In this document: one piece after another, positions 9,501 to 19,429 of the stretch
Layout of the letters: each line of letters begins with the position of its first letter
Numbering within the stretch: the first letter of the stretch is position 1
DNA from: an uncultured Lachnospiraceae bacterium
GTDB lineage: Bacteria > Bacillota > Clostridia > Lachnospirales > Lachnospiraceae
Reading direction: 5' to 3'
DNA length: 64,000 nucleotides
Assembly: GCA_900549665.1 (NCBI GenBank)
Contig: URPH01000002.1
Coordinates: 29,947 to 93,946 of the forward strand
The notes under the pieces: generated by a model
What the model was told of the DNA's origin: nothing
Database searches by the model: none
Seen by the model: the letters and a program-made list of their open reading frames with translations, nothing else
Position numbers and translations under genes: made by a program

Positions 9501-10640
9501 TCACTCGGTTATAAAGCCCTTTACCTCACCATAGGCATCAATACCGATGGTATCCCGAAGCTTTGCATCCTCTTCATCGGAAAGCGCTTTCAGTTCGTCT
9601 ACAAATTCATACTCCGTCTTGTCAGCCAGTTGTTTTTTGGCATATGCAGACAATGCACTGTCCTTGATACATACTCTGACAGGAGCTTTGGGTGCCTGAA
9701 CCTCTTCTGCTCTCTCTTCCTGTTCGGGTTCTTCTTTTTTAGACACGGAAACCACCGGCTCGATGTACTCATTGCGGAATTTTTCACGGATTTCAGCAAG
9801 ACATCTACCCAATGCATTATCCTTGCTGTCACCGCCGCACAAGGTGGTATCTCCTGTTGCCAAAAGCTTTCCTCTCAATGCGGGATTTTGTGTATATTTT
9901 GCCATATTTGCTTTTAATAACAGCTTTTCATATTCATTGTAGTCAAACAGATTGTCAGCTCTTTCTGCTTTTAAGTACTCAGCAACGGATTCATAGGAAA
10001 GTCCGTCCAGTACAAAATGAGCCGGATAGGCATTGTTAAAGAAGTATCTGTCATCTTCCTTTTCGGCACCGATTTTAACCATATCCTCTTCTACATCATA
10101 TTTGCTTACCAGATCAGAAAGGCTTTCTTTGTTGGCATCCTTTAAGGCCTGATCATAAGCAAACTTGGTATGTGAATCGAATAATACAAATACAACCTCA
10201 TCAATATCATTCTGATGCTCATTTAAAAATGTGCGTACAGCTTTTACTGCGATTTCCGCAGCCATATATACCGGAAAACGGTAAGCCCCCGTCGAGATTG
10301 ACGGAAAGGCGATCCTGCGGATATTATTTTGAGCGGCTAACTTGAGTGAATTTTGATAACAGGCAAACAACAATGCTCTCTCATCGTTATTGCCGCCGTG
10401 CCAGATGGGACCAACCGTATGGATCACATACTGACAGGGAAGATTGTAGGCTTTGGAAATCTTGGCCTGACCGGTCTTGCAGCCATCGAGTAATTTGCAT
10501 TCCTTTAATAGTTCAGGACCGGCTGCCGCATGAATGGCTGCATCGACACCTCCGCCACCGAGCAGGGTCTTGTTGGCTGCATTGACAATGGCATCCATTC
10601 CCTGCATTTTTGTGATATCCCCCAGTTTTGTTCTGATCAT
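9501..10640 (-). CDS. MacroD-type macro domain fused to a NADAR (YbiA-like, DUF1768) domain, plus an ~90-aa C-terminal tail
   Basis: The N-terminus matches MacroD/YmdB ([39 protein letters not shown]...VIHTVGPIW...[14 protein letters not shown]). The middle matches NADAR/YbiA ([23 protein letters not shown]...[20 protein letters not shown]). A strong GGAGGATG RBS precedes the ATG. The ATG overlaps the Hsp70 stop (ATGA). Confidence 0.8.
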   Translation of the reverse strand: MIRTKLGDITKMQGMDAIVNAANKTLLGGGGVDAAIHAAAGPELLKECKLLDGCKTGQAKISKAYNLPCQYVIHTVGPIWHGGNNDERALLFACYQNSLKLAAQNNIRRIAFPSISTGAYRFPVYMAAEIAVKAVRTFLNEHQNDIDEVVFVLFDSHTKFAYDQALKDANKESLSDLVSKYDVEEDMVKIGAEKEDDRYFFNNAYPAHFVLDGLSYESVAEYLKAERADNLFDYNEYEKLLLKANMAKYTQNPALRGKLLATGDTTLCGGDSKDNALGRCLAEIREKFRNEYIEPVVSVSKKEEPEQEERAEEVQAPKAPVRVCIKDSALSAYAKKQLADKTEYEFVDELKALSDEEDAKLRDTIGIDAYGEVKGFITE

Positions 10641-12334
10641 AAATCATCCTCCATAAATGTTTTTAAAAAGATGCGGAAGCTCTCTCTGGCTTCATCGATC
10701 ACTTCCTGTTTTCTGGTATCAAGTGCATCGTCAAATTTCTGCAATTCACGCTCGATCATCTTTCTGTCATTGCCAAGGCACTCTTCATATAAACGTTCCC
10801 CTTTTAAAAGTAACAGTTTATTTTCTTCTTTTTCTCTCGGATGGATCTTTAAATATGCGATCTCCTTCATGCGCTCTGCAATCTCTTCATCCGACATATC
10901 ATTGTGTCCGCCCTTGATAATCTGTTTGGTCTTTTCACCTGTTGAAACAACGGTTACCTCTACCTCCAAGATGGAATTGATGTCATAGGTATAGGTGACA
11001 TCTACCGCCTCTTCCCCGGCAGGCGCCTTGGGAATTGTGATCTCTAACTTTCCAAGTAACAGATTATTTTCAGCAAAACGGCTTTCTCCCTGTAAAATCT
11101 TGATATTGAGCTTAGACTGATTGTCCTTAACCGTATAGAGACGCTCGGTGCGGCTGGCGGGAATGGTCGTATTGCGCTCGATGATCGGGCAGAAATGACC
11201 ACCCTCATATACATTTTCTTCTTTTTCAACAACAACCTCGGTTCCCAATGTAAACGGACATACATCCGTAAGTACCACTTCCCGGATCACCTCGTTGCGT
11301 TCCTTCATGGCTCCCTGGATTGCTGCACCCAGAGCCACTGCCTCATCCGGATTGATCGATGTATCGGGCATATTACGGAACATCTTACCGACAAAACGGC
11401 GGATAAAGGACATCTTTGTTGCCCCACCGATCAGCACAACCTTATCTATGTCTTTTACCTTAATATGGGCATCCGATAATGTCCGTTTGATCGGTGTTTT
11501 CATTTTTTCAAGTAAATCGGCACAGGCTGCTTCATAAGCGTCTAAGGAAAGGACAAACTCGATGCTTTCCCCATCCACATTGCAAATCATCCTGGAGGAA
11601 TTGCCATCCGCAAATCCGATCTTGCAAAGCTCTGCCTGCTTGTGGATATGACGAAGTGTCCGGTAGGAAAGCTTGCTGCGGTCAAGCTGGATATTTTTGT
11701 CAAAAAACATATCCTCGATAACTCTGGTAAAATCCTCCCCGCCCAGATAATTGTCTCCGGCGACGGCTCTTACTTCGATAATATTGTCATTGAGCTCCAG
11801 AATGGAAACATCAAAGGTTCCTCCACCCAGGTCAAACACCAGATACTTGGCACTGTCTGTATTTTGGTAAAGACCATATGCGATTGCCGCTGCGGTCGGC
11901 TCGCTGATAATACGTTCCACCTTAAATCCGGCAAGCTCTCCGGCTCTTTTTGTCGCCTTTCTGCGGTCATCATTGAAATAGGCCGGCACACTGATAACAG
12001 CCTCTGTGACCTCCTGTCCCAGATAGCTCTCCGCATCCTCCTTCAATGCTTTTAATACAAGAGCTGACAGCTCTTCCGGTCTGAACTGTTTGTGCAGCAG
12101 CTGAAACTTACGTGAGCTTCCCATATCTCTTTTGAATACGGAAGCGGCACTGTCCGGATATAAAAGCATGCGCTCCTTTGCGGTTTCCCCAATATAAATC
12201 TGTTCATTCTCATCCATGCTTACCACCGACGGTGTCAGATGACTGCCCAGTCTGTTGGGGATAATCCTGGGGCCTTCTTCTGTAAAATAAGCGATCAATG
12301 AATTTGTTGTTCCTAAATCAATACCTACGATCAT
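10637..12334 (-). CDS. Hsp70 family ATPase, short HscC-like form (565 aa), C-terminus ...FMEDDL
   Basis: Phosphate-1 motif IDLGTTNS, phosphate-2 motif [14 protein letters not shown], adenosine motif VLIGGATKM, and substrate-binding-domain beta-sandwich motifs ([16 protein letters not shown]) are all present. The C-terminal lid is short. Confidence 0.85.
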   Translation of the reverse strand: MIVGIDLGTTNSLIAYFTEEGPRIIPNRLGSHLTPSVVSMDENEQIYIGETAKERMLLYPDSAASVFKRDMGSSRKFQLLHKQFRPEELSALVLKALKEDAESYLGQEVTEAVISVPAYFNDDRRKATKRAGELAGFKVERIISEPTAAAIAYGLYQNTDSAKYLVFDLGGGTFDVSILELNDNIIEVRAVAGDNYLGGEDFTRVIEDMFFDKNIQLDRSKLSYRTLRHIHKQAELCKIGFADGNSSRMICNVDGESIEFVLSLDAYEAACADLLEKMKTPIKRTLSDAHIKVKDIDKVVLIGGATKMSFIRRFVGKMFRNMPDTSINPDEAVALGAAIQGAMKERNEVIREVVLTDVCPFTLGTEVVVEKEENVYEGGHFCPIIERNTTIPASRTERLYTVKDNQSKLNIKILQGESRFAENNLLLGKLEITIPKAPAGEEAVDVTYTYDINSILEVEVTVVSTGEKTKQIIKGGHNDMSDEEIAERMKEIAYLKIHPREKEENKLLLLKGERLYEECLGNDRKMIERELQKFDDALDTRKQEVIDEARESFRIFLKTFMEDDL

Positions 12335-12376
12335 AACTTCAAAACTGTCTTTCTATTTCTAATTTCTCAAAGTACT

Positions 12377-15300
12377 CTATTTCCATTCTTTTTTGGATCT
12401 GACAACCTCATCCTTGGCCTTGGGGTCATTTTTGGTAAGAGCAAGTGCTTCGTGATACAGCTTCATCGCATGAAGCTTTTTGCCGTCCATATAATAGTAC
12501 TTAGCATTATGATAACACAATTCATACTTTTTGATAAAGCCCAATTCCAAAAGTTTCTGATATGCTCCGGCTGCGTCCATATAGTTCTTTTCTTTTTCAT
12601 AGCAGCCGATCAGTCTCATCCACAAATCATAATCCTTCGGATAACGGTCCAGCTGCTTTTTGATATATTGTACACAAAGGGCATAGTCCTTCTTTTTTTC
12701 ATACAATTCCGAAAGATAAATATAGACCCTTGTAGGCTCCTCATCGTCTTCCAGCCTTTCAGATATCTTCAACTCTCTTTCGGCCTCATCCAGTCTGTTG
12801 GTCCTTATAAAAATATTTCCGGCATTATTGTGTGCATATACATTATCGGGCTCAAGCTCAGTTGCTTTTATATAATAATGCAGGGCTTTTTCATAATCCC
12901 TGCCAAACTCATACGCCAGCCCGAGTTCTATGGTGTTAAAGGCATCCTTTTCCAGCTCATACATTTTCTTTGCATAAAGAAGTGCACACTGATAGGCATC
13001 ATCCTTCTCTCTTTCCTCTTTTAGGCGAGCTACCTTATAGCGGAAACTCCTGGACAGATAATACAGATTTTCCTGCCCTTTGGGATTGACCTCATATGCC
13101 ATCCTGAAATAATCAATTGCCTGATCAAAAGCTTTACCCTGATCGTCTTCTTTGTTGTAGAAATATTTACCAAGCTTTAAGAAAACATTGTAGCTGTGCA
13201 GATTGAGCGCGACAAGACGCTGATAGCACACCAGAGCCTCATCCTTTTTGTCATTGTCCCATAACACATCACCCATCAGTTCCAAAAGACCGATATCATC
13301 CGGACATCTGACAAGTCCCTCACGGATGCTTTCCAACGCTGTTCTGGAATCGTCCAGGGCAAGTCTGTATAAGGCATCCTCCAAAAACAGCTCACTAAGC
13401 TCTAACGATGTCTCATCTATTTCGTTTTCCCCGGCTCCCGGCTTTTCCGGATTGTGATTTAAAGAGCCGACTTCCGCTTTCTTCTTATCATACTTTTCAA
13501 TATATTGCTTTTTAAACCGGTAAAACTCACAGATCAGAGGTCTCAGTTCTTCATTGTCCGAAGAATGATTGCGTCTGCATTTATAATAATAAAGCTGCAG
13601 GACATCGCTTTCCTGTTTTTCTTCCTGCGCCTGCTCATAAATATTTAAAGCATCTGTATATTGACCCGCATAATAAAAGACCTTCATCGCATACTCATAT
13701 GGCTTGACATATCCTGGGAAAATACGTTTACATTGATAAAAATCATCGATAACGCTCTGTCCCTTATGCATATGAAAAGCAGCTTCCTGACGATGCAGAT
13801 ATGCGGGATAATAAGTTTCGTCCTTTTGGATCAGCTCACTGCAAAGATCATATGCTTTCTGATATTCTTCGTCCTCTATATAATACTGGGCCAGCTGGTC
13901 ATTATATGACATCTGGTACATAACGGCTGTTTCTAATGTCACGCCATCTTTGATTTCCTGTATACCGATTTCCTTTTGTCCCAGATTCCAATGACACATT
14001 CCGACCGAAAAATGAGAAAAGCCTTTCCGGTTCAACTTTTTTTTGCTGTCCTTTGTATGATCATCTACCGTCTGATCGATCATATCACGCCAACGAATCA
14101 GATAAGGAAGCGCCAGATCATATTTTTCCATAGCCAGATAATTGCGCCCCATCAGATTGACAAAATCATATTCTTTAAACTGATCCTCCGGTGCAGCTTT
14201 CAGTGTTTTTTCGACCTGATCAAATTTTTGTTGTTGGAAATAACACCACCCGATTTCAATCCGTGTTTCCGTATCCTCAGGATTGTCATTTAGCATTTCC
14301 CTGTATTGCGGCACCAGACTTTCATTGAGACTGTCCAAAAGATTGTTTAACTTGAAAGAACGGTCTCCCATATCTAAAATATCCAGGCACAGCTCCTTGG
14401 CATCTGCATATTTCCCCTGTTTTTGTCTTGTTTTCAGCATTCCAAGATTTGCCAGATAAGAGGCTTCATCCTGCTTTAACAAACCTTCAAAAATCTGCTC
14501 TGCCACCTCTGTCTTTTGAAGCTCCAGAAATACCAGTCCCGCATAATAACCTGTATAACAGTCGTCCGGATAATCGGAAGCCAGACGGTCAGCAATCTCC
14601 ATGGCGGCATCCGGAAGCTTTTCGGCTTTGCTGCAGATAAGCCAGAAATGCAGCTTTTCCGCATCTGCATACGGATGATGGATCTCGTATGCATCCAACA
14701 GTTCAAACTCATGCCTGATCTCTGATATCCCGGCTGCCGTATCTGTACCATCCGTTTCTGCAGATGCGGCAGGGTCCATCGCCTCTTCCAGTCTGTCAAT
14801 CTGATTTTTGAGATCCAGATAACGGTTTATGTACTCATCAACATGATCCGATACATCACCCTCGAAAATATCATAGTCGATAAAGGAATCATGCTGAATA
14901 TAATAATTAACATATCCTAAAAAATTCTCGGGAAACTTTTCTTTTAGAAGCTCTGTCTCTGCGCAGATATGAAATTTGTCATCCAGGATTTTCCAGATAT
15001 TCCATGGGAAAAAATGATGATCCATGATATAGACAAGCACTCGTTCCTGCAGCTCGCCATCTAAATCATCTTCATAGGAATCCATAAGGCTCTGCCATTG
15101 TGCTTCATCCTTTCTGGAATCCACATCCACGTACAACCGGTTCATTTGATAAATAAAGCGGTCTGTCTCGGAGCCGTCCTTTAATGCCTCAAATGCATCC
15201 TGCAGATCGGCATTTTCCGCTTCATCTTTTTGTTCCGCATAGGATAAAGCATTTTCATATGCCTCTCTCAAGCGCATAAATCCGACCTGATCATCCTCCG

Positions 15301-15400
15301 GATTGACTGATCTTAACTTTTCGTGATACACCTGCCTGATTGCATCTGTATCTTTTGTCTCGGCAATTCCCAAAATCTTCCAAATTTCATATTTTTCCAT
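12377..15400 (-). CDS. Large (1007 aa) J-like-domain protein with an extensive TPR repeat array. The J-domain HPD motif is replaced by NPE.
   Basis: The N-terminus MEKYEIWKILGIAETKDTDAIRQVYHEKLRSVNPEDDQVGFMRLREAYENAL aligns to DnaJ J-domain helices II and III with N-P-E at the H-P-D position. The rest carries many 34-aa TPR-like repeats. The gene has its own promoter region downstream of the serA terminator and an AGGGAG RBS. Confidence 0.75.
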   Translation of the reverse strand: MEKYEIWKILGIAETKDTDAIRQVYHEKLRSVNPEDDQVGFMRLREAYENALSYAEQKDEAENADLQDAFEALKDGSETDRFIYQMNRLYVDVDSRKDEAQWQSLMDSYEDDLDGELQERVLVYIMDHHFFPWNIWKILDDKFHICAETELLKEKFPENFLGYVNYYIQHDSFIDYDIFEGDVSDHVDEYINRYLDLKNQIDRLEEAMDPAASAETDGTDTAAGISEIRHEFELLDAYEIHHPYADAEKLHFWLICSKAEKLPDAAMEIADRLASDYPDDCYTGYYAGLVFLELQKTEVAEQIFEGLLKQDEASYLANLGMLKTRQKQGKYADAKELCLDILDMGDRSFKLNNLLDSLNESLVPQYREMLNDNPEDTETRIEIGWCYFQQQKFDQVEKTLKAAPEDQFKEYDFVNLMGRNYLAMEKYDLALPYLIRWRDMIDQTVDDHTKDSKKKLNRKGFSHFSVGMCHWNLGQKEIGIQEIKDGVTLETAVMYQMSYNDQLAQYYIEDEEYQKAYDLCSELIQKDETYYPAYLHRQEAAFHMHKGQSVIDDFYQCKRIFPGYVKPYEYAMKVFYYAGQYTDALNIYEQAQEEKQESDVLQLYYYKCRRNHSSDNEELRPLICEFYRFKKQYIEKYDKKKAEVGSLNHNPEKPGAGENEIDETSLELSELFLEDALYRLALDDSRTALESIREGLVRCPDDIGLLELMGDVLWDNDKKDEALVCYQRLVALNLHSYNVFLKLGKYFYNKEDDQGKAFDQAIDYFRMAYEVNPKGQENLYYLSRSFRYKVARLKEEREKDDAYQCALLYAKKMYELEKDAFNTIELGLAYEFGRDYEKALHYYIKATELEPDNVYAHNNAGNIFIRTNRLDEAERELKISERLEDDEEPTRVYIYLSELYEKKKDYALCVQYIKKQLDRYPKDYDLWMRLIGCYEKEKNYMDAAGAYQKLLELGFIKKYELCYHNAKYYYMDGKKLHAMKLYHEALALTKNDPKAKDEVVRSKKEWK

Positions 15401-15488
15401 TTAAAATCTCCCTGTTCATTTACAACAATTTTATGAAACCGATTGTCGGAAAGCTGACATCGGTGACCAATATGCCAAAGGACAGACG

Positions 15489-15524
15489 ATAAAATTAAGG
15501 GAAAGATTCTGACATCTTTCCCTT
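15489..15524 (-). terminator. Rho-independent terminator after serA; separates serA from the J-like/TPR–Hsp70 cassette
   Basis: Perfect 11-bp stem aagggaaagat/atctttccctt with loop tctgac. A short T-rich run follows on the minus strand. Confidence 0.5.
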
Positions 15525-15572
15525 ATGGTTTATTTCATTATATACGCACAGAACGGTCTGCCTCTTTTGTGA

Positions 15573-16736
15573 TTATTTTACAACACGTACTCTGAATACA
15601 CCCTCAATTGTTTTTAACTTGTTGATCACATCATCGGTAGCAGCTGCTTCAATATCGAACATGGATACAGCATAATCTCCGCGAGATTTATTGATCATAT
15701 CGGAAATATTGATATTGACATCACCAAAGCATGCAGCAAGCTTTGTGATGGTATTGGCGATATTTTTGTGGAATACGGCAACACGTCCGGCCTTGGTGCA
15801 TACGCCCATATCAATTGCCGGGTAATTTACGGAATGTGTGATATTGCCGTTTTCCAGATAATCAACCATTTCCTTAACACCCATAACCGCACAGTTGTCT
15901 TCGGATTCCTCTGTAGAAGCTCCGATATGGGGTGTCACGATACAACCGGCCTTGCCGGTTGTAATGGTGTTGGGGAAGTCTGTCACATATTTATGGACTT
16001 TGCCTGCCTCAATGGCTGCCAATACGTCCTCTTCCTTGCAGAGCACGTCTCTTGCGAAGTTTAAGATCACAACGCCGTCTTTCATCATGTCGATGGCTTC
16101 TTTGTTGATCATACCCTTGGTAGAATCCAGAGCAGGAACATGTACTGTAATGTAATCACATTCTCTGTAGATATCTTCTACATTGACAACATGCTTAACA
16201 GCGCGTGATAAGCTCCATGCAGCATCTACAGACAGATACGGATCGTATCCGTAAACTTCCATTCCGAGACTGATGGCAGCATTGGCAATTTTTGCACCGA
16301 TTGCTCCCAGTCCGATGACACCAAGCTTTTTGCCATCGATCTCTGATCCGGCAAATTTTTTCTTTTCTTTTTCAGCAGCCTTGGCAACATCTGCATTGCC
16401 GGTCTGGGATTTGACCCATTCGATACCGCCGGTCACATCACGGGCTGCCAAAAGCATACCGCAGAGAACAAGCTCTTTAACCGCATTGGAATTGGCTCCC
16501 GGTGTATTGAACACAACAATTCCTTTCTTTGCAAGCTCATCCAACGGAATATTGTTGACGCCGGCACCGGCTCTGACAACAGCCAGCAGATTGTCGGAAA
16601 ACTCCATGGAATGCATGTCTGCACTTCTGACAAGGATTCCCTCTGCCTGATTGACATCGTCTGTTTTTGTATATTCACTGCCAAAATGATCAAGTCCGAC
16701 CTGAGCAATTGGATTTAAACAATAATACTGATACAT
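15573..16736 (-). CDS. serA: D-3-phosphoglycerate dehydrogenase
   Basis: 2-hydroxyacid dehydrogenase fold with a GLGAIG NAD-binding motif and a C-terminal ACT domain. It sits adjacent to serC. Confidence 0.85.
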   Translation of the reverse strand: MYQYYCLNPIAQVGLDHFGSEYTKTDDVNQAEGILVRSADMHSMEFSDNLLAVVRAGAGVNNIPLDELAKKGIVVFNTPGANSNAVKELVLCGMLLAARDVTGGIEWVKSQTGNADVAKAAEKEKKKFAGSEIDGKKLGVIGLGAIGAKIANAAISLGMEVYGYDPYLSVDAAWSLSRAVKHVVNVEDIYRECDYITVHVPALDSTKGMINKEAIDMMKDGVVILNFARDVLCKEEDVLAAIEAGKVHKYVTDFPNTITTGKAGCIVTPHIGASTEESEDNCAVMGVKEMVDYLENGNITHSVNYPAIDMGVCTKAGRVAVFHKNIANTITKLAACFGDVNINISDMINKSRGDYAVSMFDIEAAATDDVINKLKTIEGVFRVRVVK

Positions 16737-16819
16737 TTTTTCATCCCTCTTTCTGAATCAATATGCCGGACCTGTTTACTGTACAGGTCCCGACATTTTT
16801 ATAATCATCATCGCATGCT

Positions 16820-17902
16820 TTATGAATTTTTAGCTTCAAACTCTTTCATAAATGCAACTAATTTTTCAACACCCTCTCTGGGCATTGCATTGTAAATGGA
16901 TGCTCTCATACCGCCAACGGTTCTGTGTCCCTTTAAGTTGACAAATCCTGCCTCTGTTGCCTCTTTGACAAATTTGGCATCAAGCTCTGCATCACCGGTA
17001 ACGAAAGGCACATTCATAAGCGATCTGTCCTCTTTGACTACAGTTCCCTTGAACATCTTGCTTTCATCTAAGAAATCATATAAGATCTTGGCTTTTTCTT
17101 CATTTTTTTCTTTCATGACAGATAAGCCTCCCATCTTTTTTAACCATTTGAATACCTTGCCACAGATATAGATACCGTAGCAGGGAGGTGTATTGTATAA
17201 AGATTCAGCATCTGCATGGATCTTGTATTTCATCATGGTAGGTGTTCCGGGAAGTACATCCTCTGTGATCAGATCTTCACGGATAATGACGATCACAACA
17301 CCGGCCGGACCGATATTTTTCTGAACTCCACCATAGATCACACCGTATTTGCTTACATCAACAGGCTCTGAAAGGAAGCATGATGATACATCGGCAACCA
17401 GTGTCTTGCCTTTGGTGTCAGGTAATTTTTTGTATTTGGTACCATAAATGGTATTGTTTTCACAAATATATACATAATCCAGATCTTCCGGAATATCAAG
17501 ATTACTGCAATCCGGAATATAAGAGAATGTTTTATCTGCACTGGATGCCAGCTCTACAGCCTCGCCGTAGATCTTAGCTTCCTGATAAGCTTTCTTTGCC
17601 CACTGACCGGTCACAATATAACCGGCTTTTTTGTTTTTCATCAGATTCATGGGGATCATGGCAAACTGCAGCGAAGCACCGCCCTGTAAGAACAATACCT
17701 TGTAATTGTCAGGGATGTTCATTAATTCTCTAAGATCAGCTTCTGCTTCTTTGATGATGTTATCATACACTTTGGAACGATGGCTCATCTCCATTACCGA
17801 CATGCCGCTTCCCTTATAATCTAACATTTCATCTGCAGCTTCTTTTAATACTTCCTCAGGTAAAACTGCCGGACCTGCTGAAAAGTTATAAACTCTGGAC
17901 AC
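16820..17902 (-). CDS. serC: Phosphoserine aminotransferase
   Basis: VYNFSAGPAVLPEEVL N-terminus and class-V aminotransferase features. GTG start with an AAGAGGAGGG RBS. Confidence 0.9.
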   Translation of the reverse strand: MSRVYNFSAGPAVLPEEVLKEAADEMLDYKGSGMSVMEMSHRSKVYDNIIKEAEADLRELMNIPDNYKVLFLQGGASLQFAMIPMNLMKNKKAGYIVTGQWAKKAYQEAKIYGEAVELASSADKTFSYIPDCSNLDIPEDLDYVYICENNTIYGTKYKKLPDTKGKTLVADVSSCFLSEPVDVSKYGVIYGGVQKNIGPAGVVIVIIREDLITEDVLPGTPTMMKYKIHADAESLYNTPPCYGIYICGKVFKWLKKMGGLSVMKEKNEEKAKILYDFLDESKMFKGTVVKEDRSLMNVPFVTGDAELDAKFVKEATEAGFVNLKGHRTVGGMRASIYNAMPREGVEKLVAFMKEFEAKNS

Positions 17903-18007
17903 TGAAAGTCCCTCCTCTTAATATATTATTGCGAATCTGAAATGTATATCAAAAATAACACTTCAAACTCCATTTTAGACTTGTATAAAATTTTCGTCAA
18001 TGAAAAT

Positions 18008-19411
18008 TTAGTAAAACAGGATAACCGGGGTGCCGATTTCTACCATATCATATAACTTGCTTACCTCTGAAATCGGTGTATTGATACACCCGTGTGACCC
18101 GTTTGTTTTGTAAATTTCACCACCAAACCTGCCTCGCCAGTTGGCATCATGGATCCCGATATTGTTGTAGACAGCAATCCAATATGAAACCGGAGTACGG
18201 TAATCTGCCCCGATCAGCACCCGGTTTCTCTGCATATAATATACATAGCACACCCTCTGCGGGGTTCCGTTTCCTTTTCCGGTACAGCCGGTCACGACGG
18301 GTGTCTGAAGCTTGATCCTGCCATTGACATAATAATACATGGTCTGGTTGGTCATATCCACTTCAATATAAGTATTACCTATATCATTACTGCCTTTTCC
18401 ATAGCCTCTCTGGCTGTAGATTGCCTCGGATTTATCACTTTTTTTGTCATTTATCAATGTAAGCAGGTATTCCTTCTGCTTTTTCTGATCCAGTTTATAT
18501 CCATAATTACCTTTTTCAATGACAACCGTACCGCCCCGTGTAGGGTTGAACTGCCATGGACCGCCTACACTGTCATGCCTGTCTGCCCACTTTTGCACGG
18601 TCATTGCAACAGCCTCCTCATCGATCATGAGATTGCCGTTGTCATCAAAAGAAAACTCACCCTTATCATCTTTTGAAATCCAGGAAGCGATCACAGACGC
18701 ATCCACCGTTTCATCACCATCATAAAAGCAACAGACAATTTCTACACTCTGCAGGTTATCGATCTTTTTCCAAAGTCTGAGTGTCTTTTTCATTTTGGCA
18801 GTATATTCCATCGGAATATAGCAGCCCGCATCGGCCAGATTTACACAGGTATCACCGTTTAATACAGCATCAACAACCGTCTGTATGGTAAGATCCACAT
18901 CTAAAAGATCCTTTGTTTCATCTATCAACTGATACCCGTCTTTGGATCTGACGATTTCCACACGCACCTTTTCCGGATCCGCCTGATTTTTGATCAGATC
19001 AAGCTCATTCAGATAATCTCTGAGCATTTCCTCGTTGCATGTCCCCTTTGGTTCAACCGTTTCATCCTCAATGTCAGCATATGCTAACTTAATTCCCCAC
19101 ATAAGCGGATTTTGCTTTTGCAAAATCCTGTCTAAATCGTCCATATAGGAATAACGGTAATCCATTTCCATAATCGGAATTTCCGTTTCCCTTCCGGACT
19201 TATCTATGATGGAAAAGGCTGCATCTTCTGTTTTCTGAACCAATAAATCATTGACCTCGTCCGGTGTCATTCCTGCCGCATAGATACCGTTTATCATCAC
19301 ACCGTTCATATAGGTATCATGATACTGCCATGCAATATACAGATAGATACCGGCGCATAAAACAACTGGGACAAAAATGATAATTGCCAAAACTGTAATA
19401 ACCTTTTTCAT
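18008..19411 (-). CDS. L,D-transpeptidase family protein (YkuD catalytic domain) with N-terminal membrane anchor
   Basis: The C-terminal catalytic motif ...GIHDANWRGRFGGEIYKTNGSHGCINTP matches the L,D-transpeptidase HxxxxxxSHGC signature. An N-terminal TM helix is present. Confidence 0.75.
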   Translation of the reverse strand: MKKVITVLAIIIFVPVVLCAGIYLYIAWQYHDTYMNGVMINGIYAAGMTPDEVNDLLVQKTEDAAFSIIDKSGRETEIPIMEMDYRYSYMDDLDRILQKQNPLMWGIKLAYADIEDETVEPKGTCNEEMLRDYLNELDLIKNQADPEKVRVEIVRSKDGYQLIDETKDLLDVDLTIQTVVDAVLNGDTCVNLADAGCYIPMEYTAKMKKTLRLWKKIDNLQSVEIVCCFYDGDETVDASVIASWISKDDKGEFSFDDNGNLMIDEEAVAMTVQKWADRHDSVGGPWQFNPTRGGTVVIEKGNYGYKLDQKKQKEYLLTLINDKKSDKSEAIYSQRGYGKGSNDIGNTYIEVDMTNQTMYYYVNGRIKLQTPVVTGCTGKGNGTPQRVCYVYYMQRNRVLIGADYRTPVSYWIAVYNNIGIHDANWRGRFGGEIYKTNGSHGCINTPISEVSKLYDMVEIGTPVILFY

Positions 19412-19429
19412 CTTATGTACCTTTTCTTT

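Noticed and set aside
10637-12334. Calling the Hsp70 gene dnaK
   Set aside because: It is only 565 aa with a short lid and lacks the dnaK operon context (hrcA–grpE–dnaK–dnaJ). Instead it is paired with a J-like/TPR protein and a macro enzyme, so it is treated as a specialised HscC-like paralogue.
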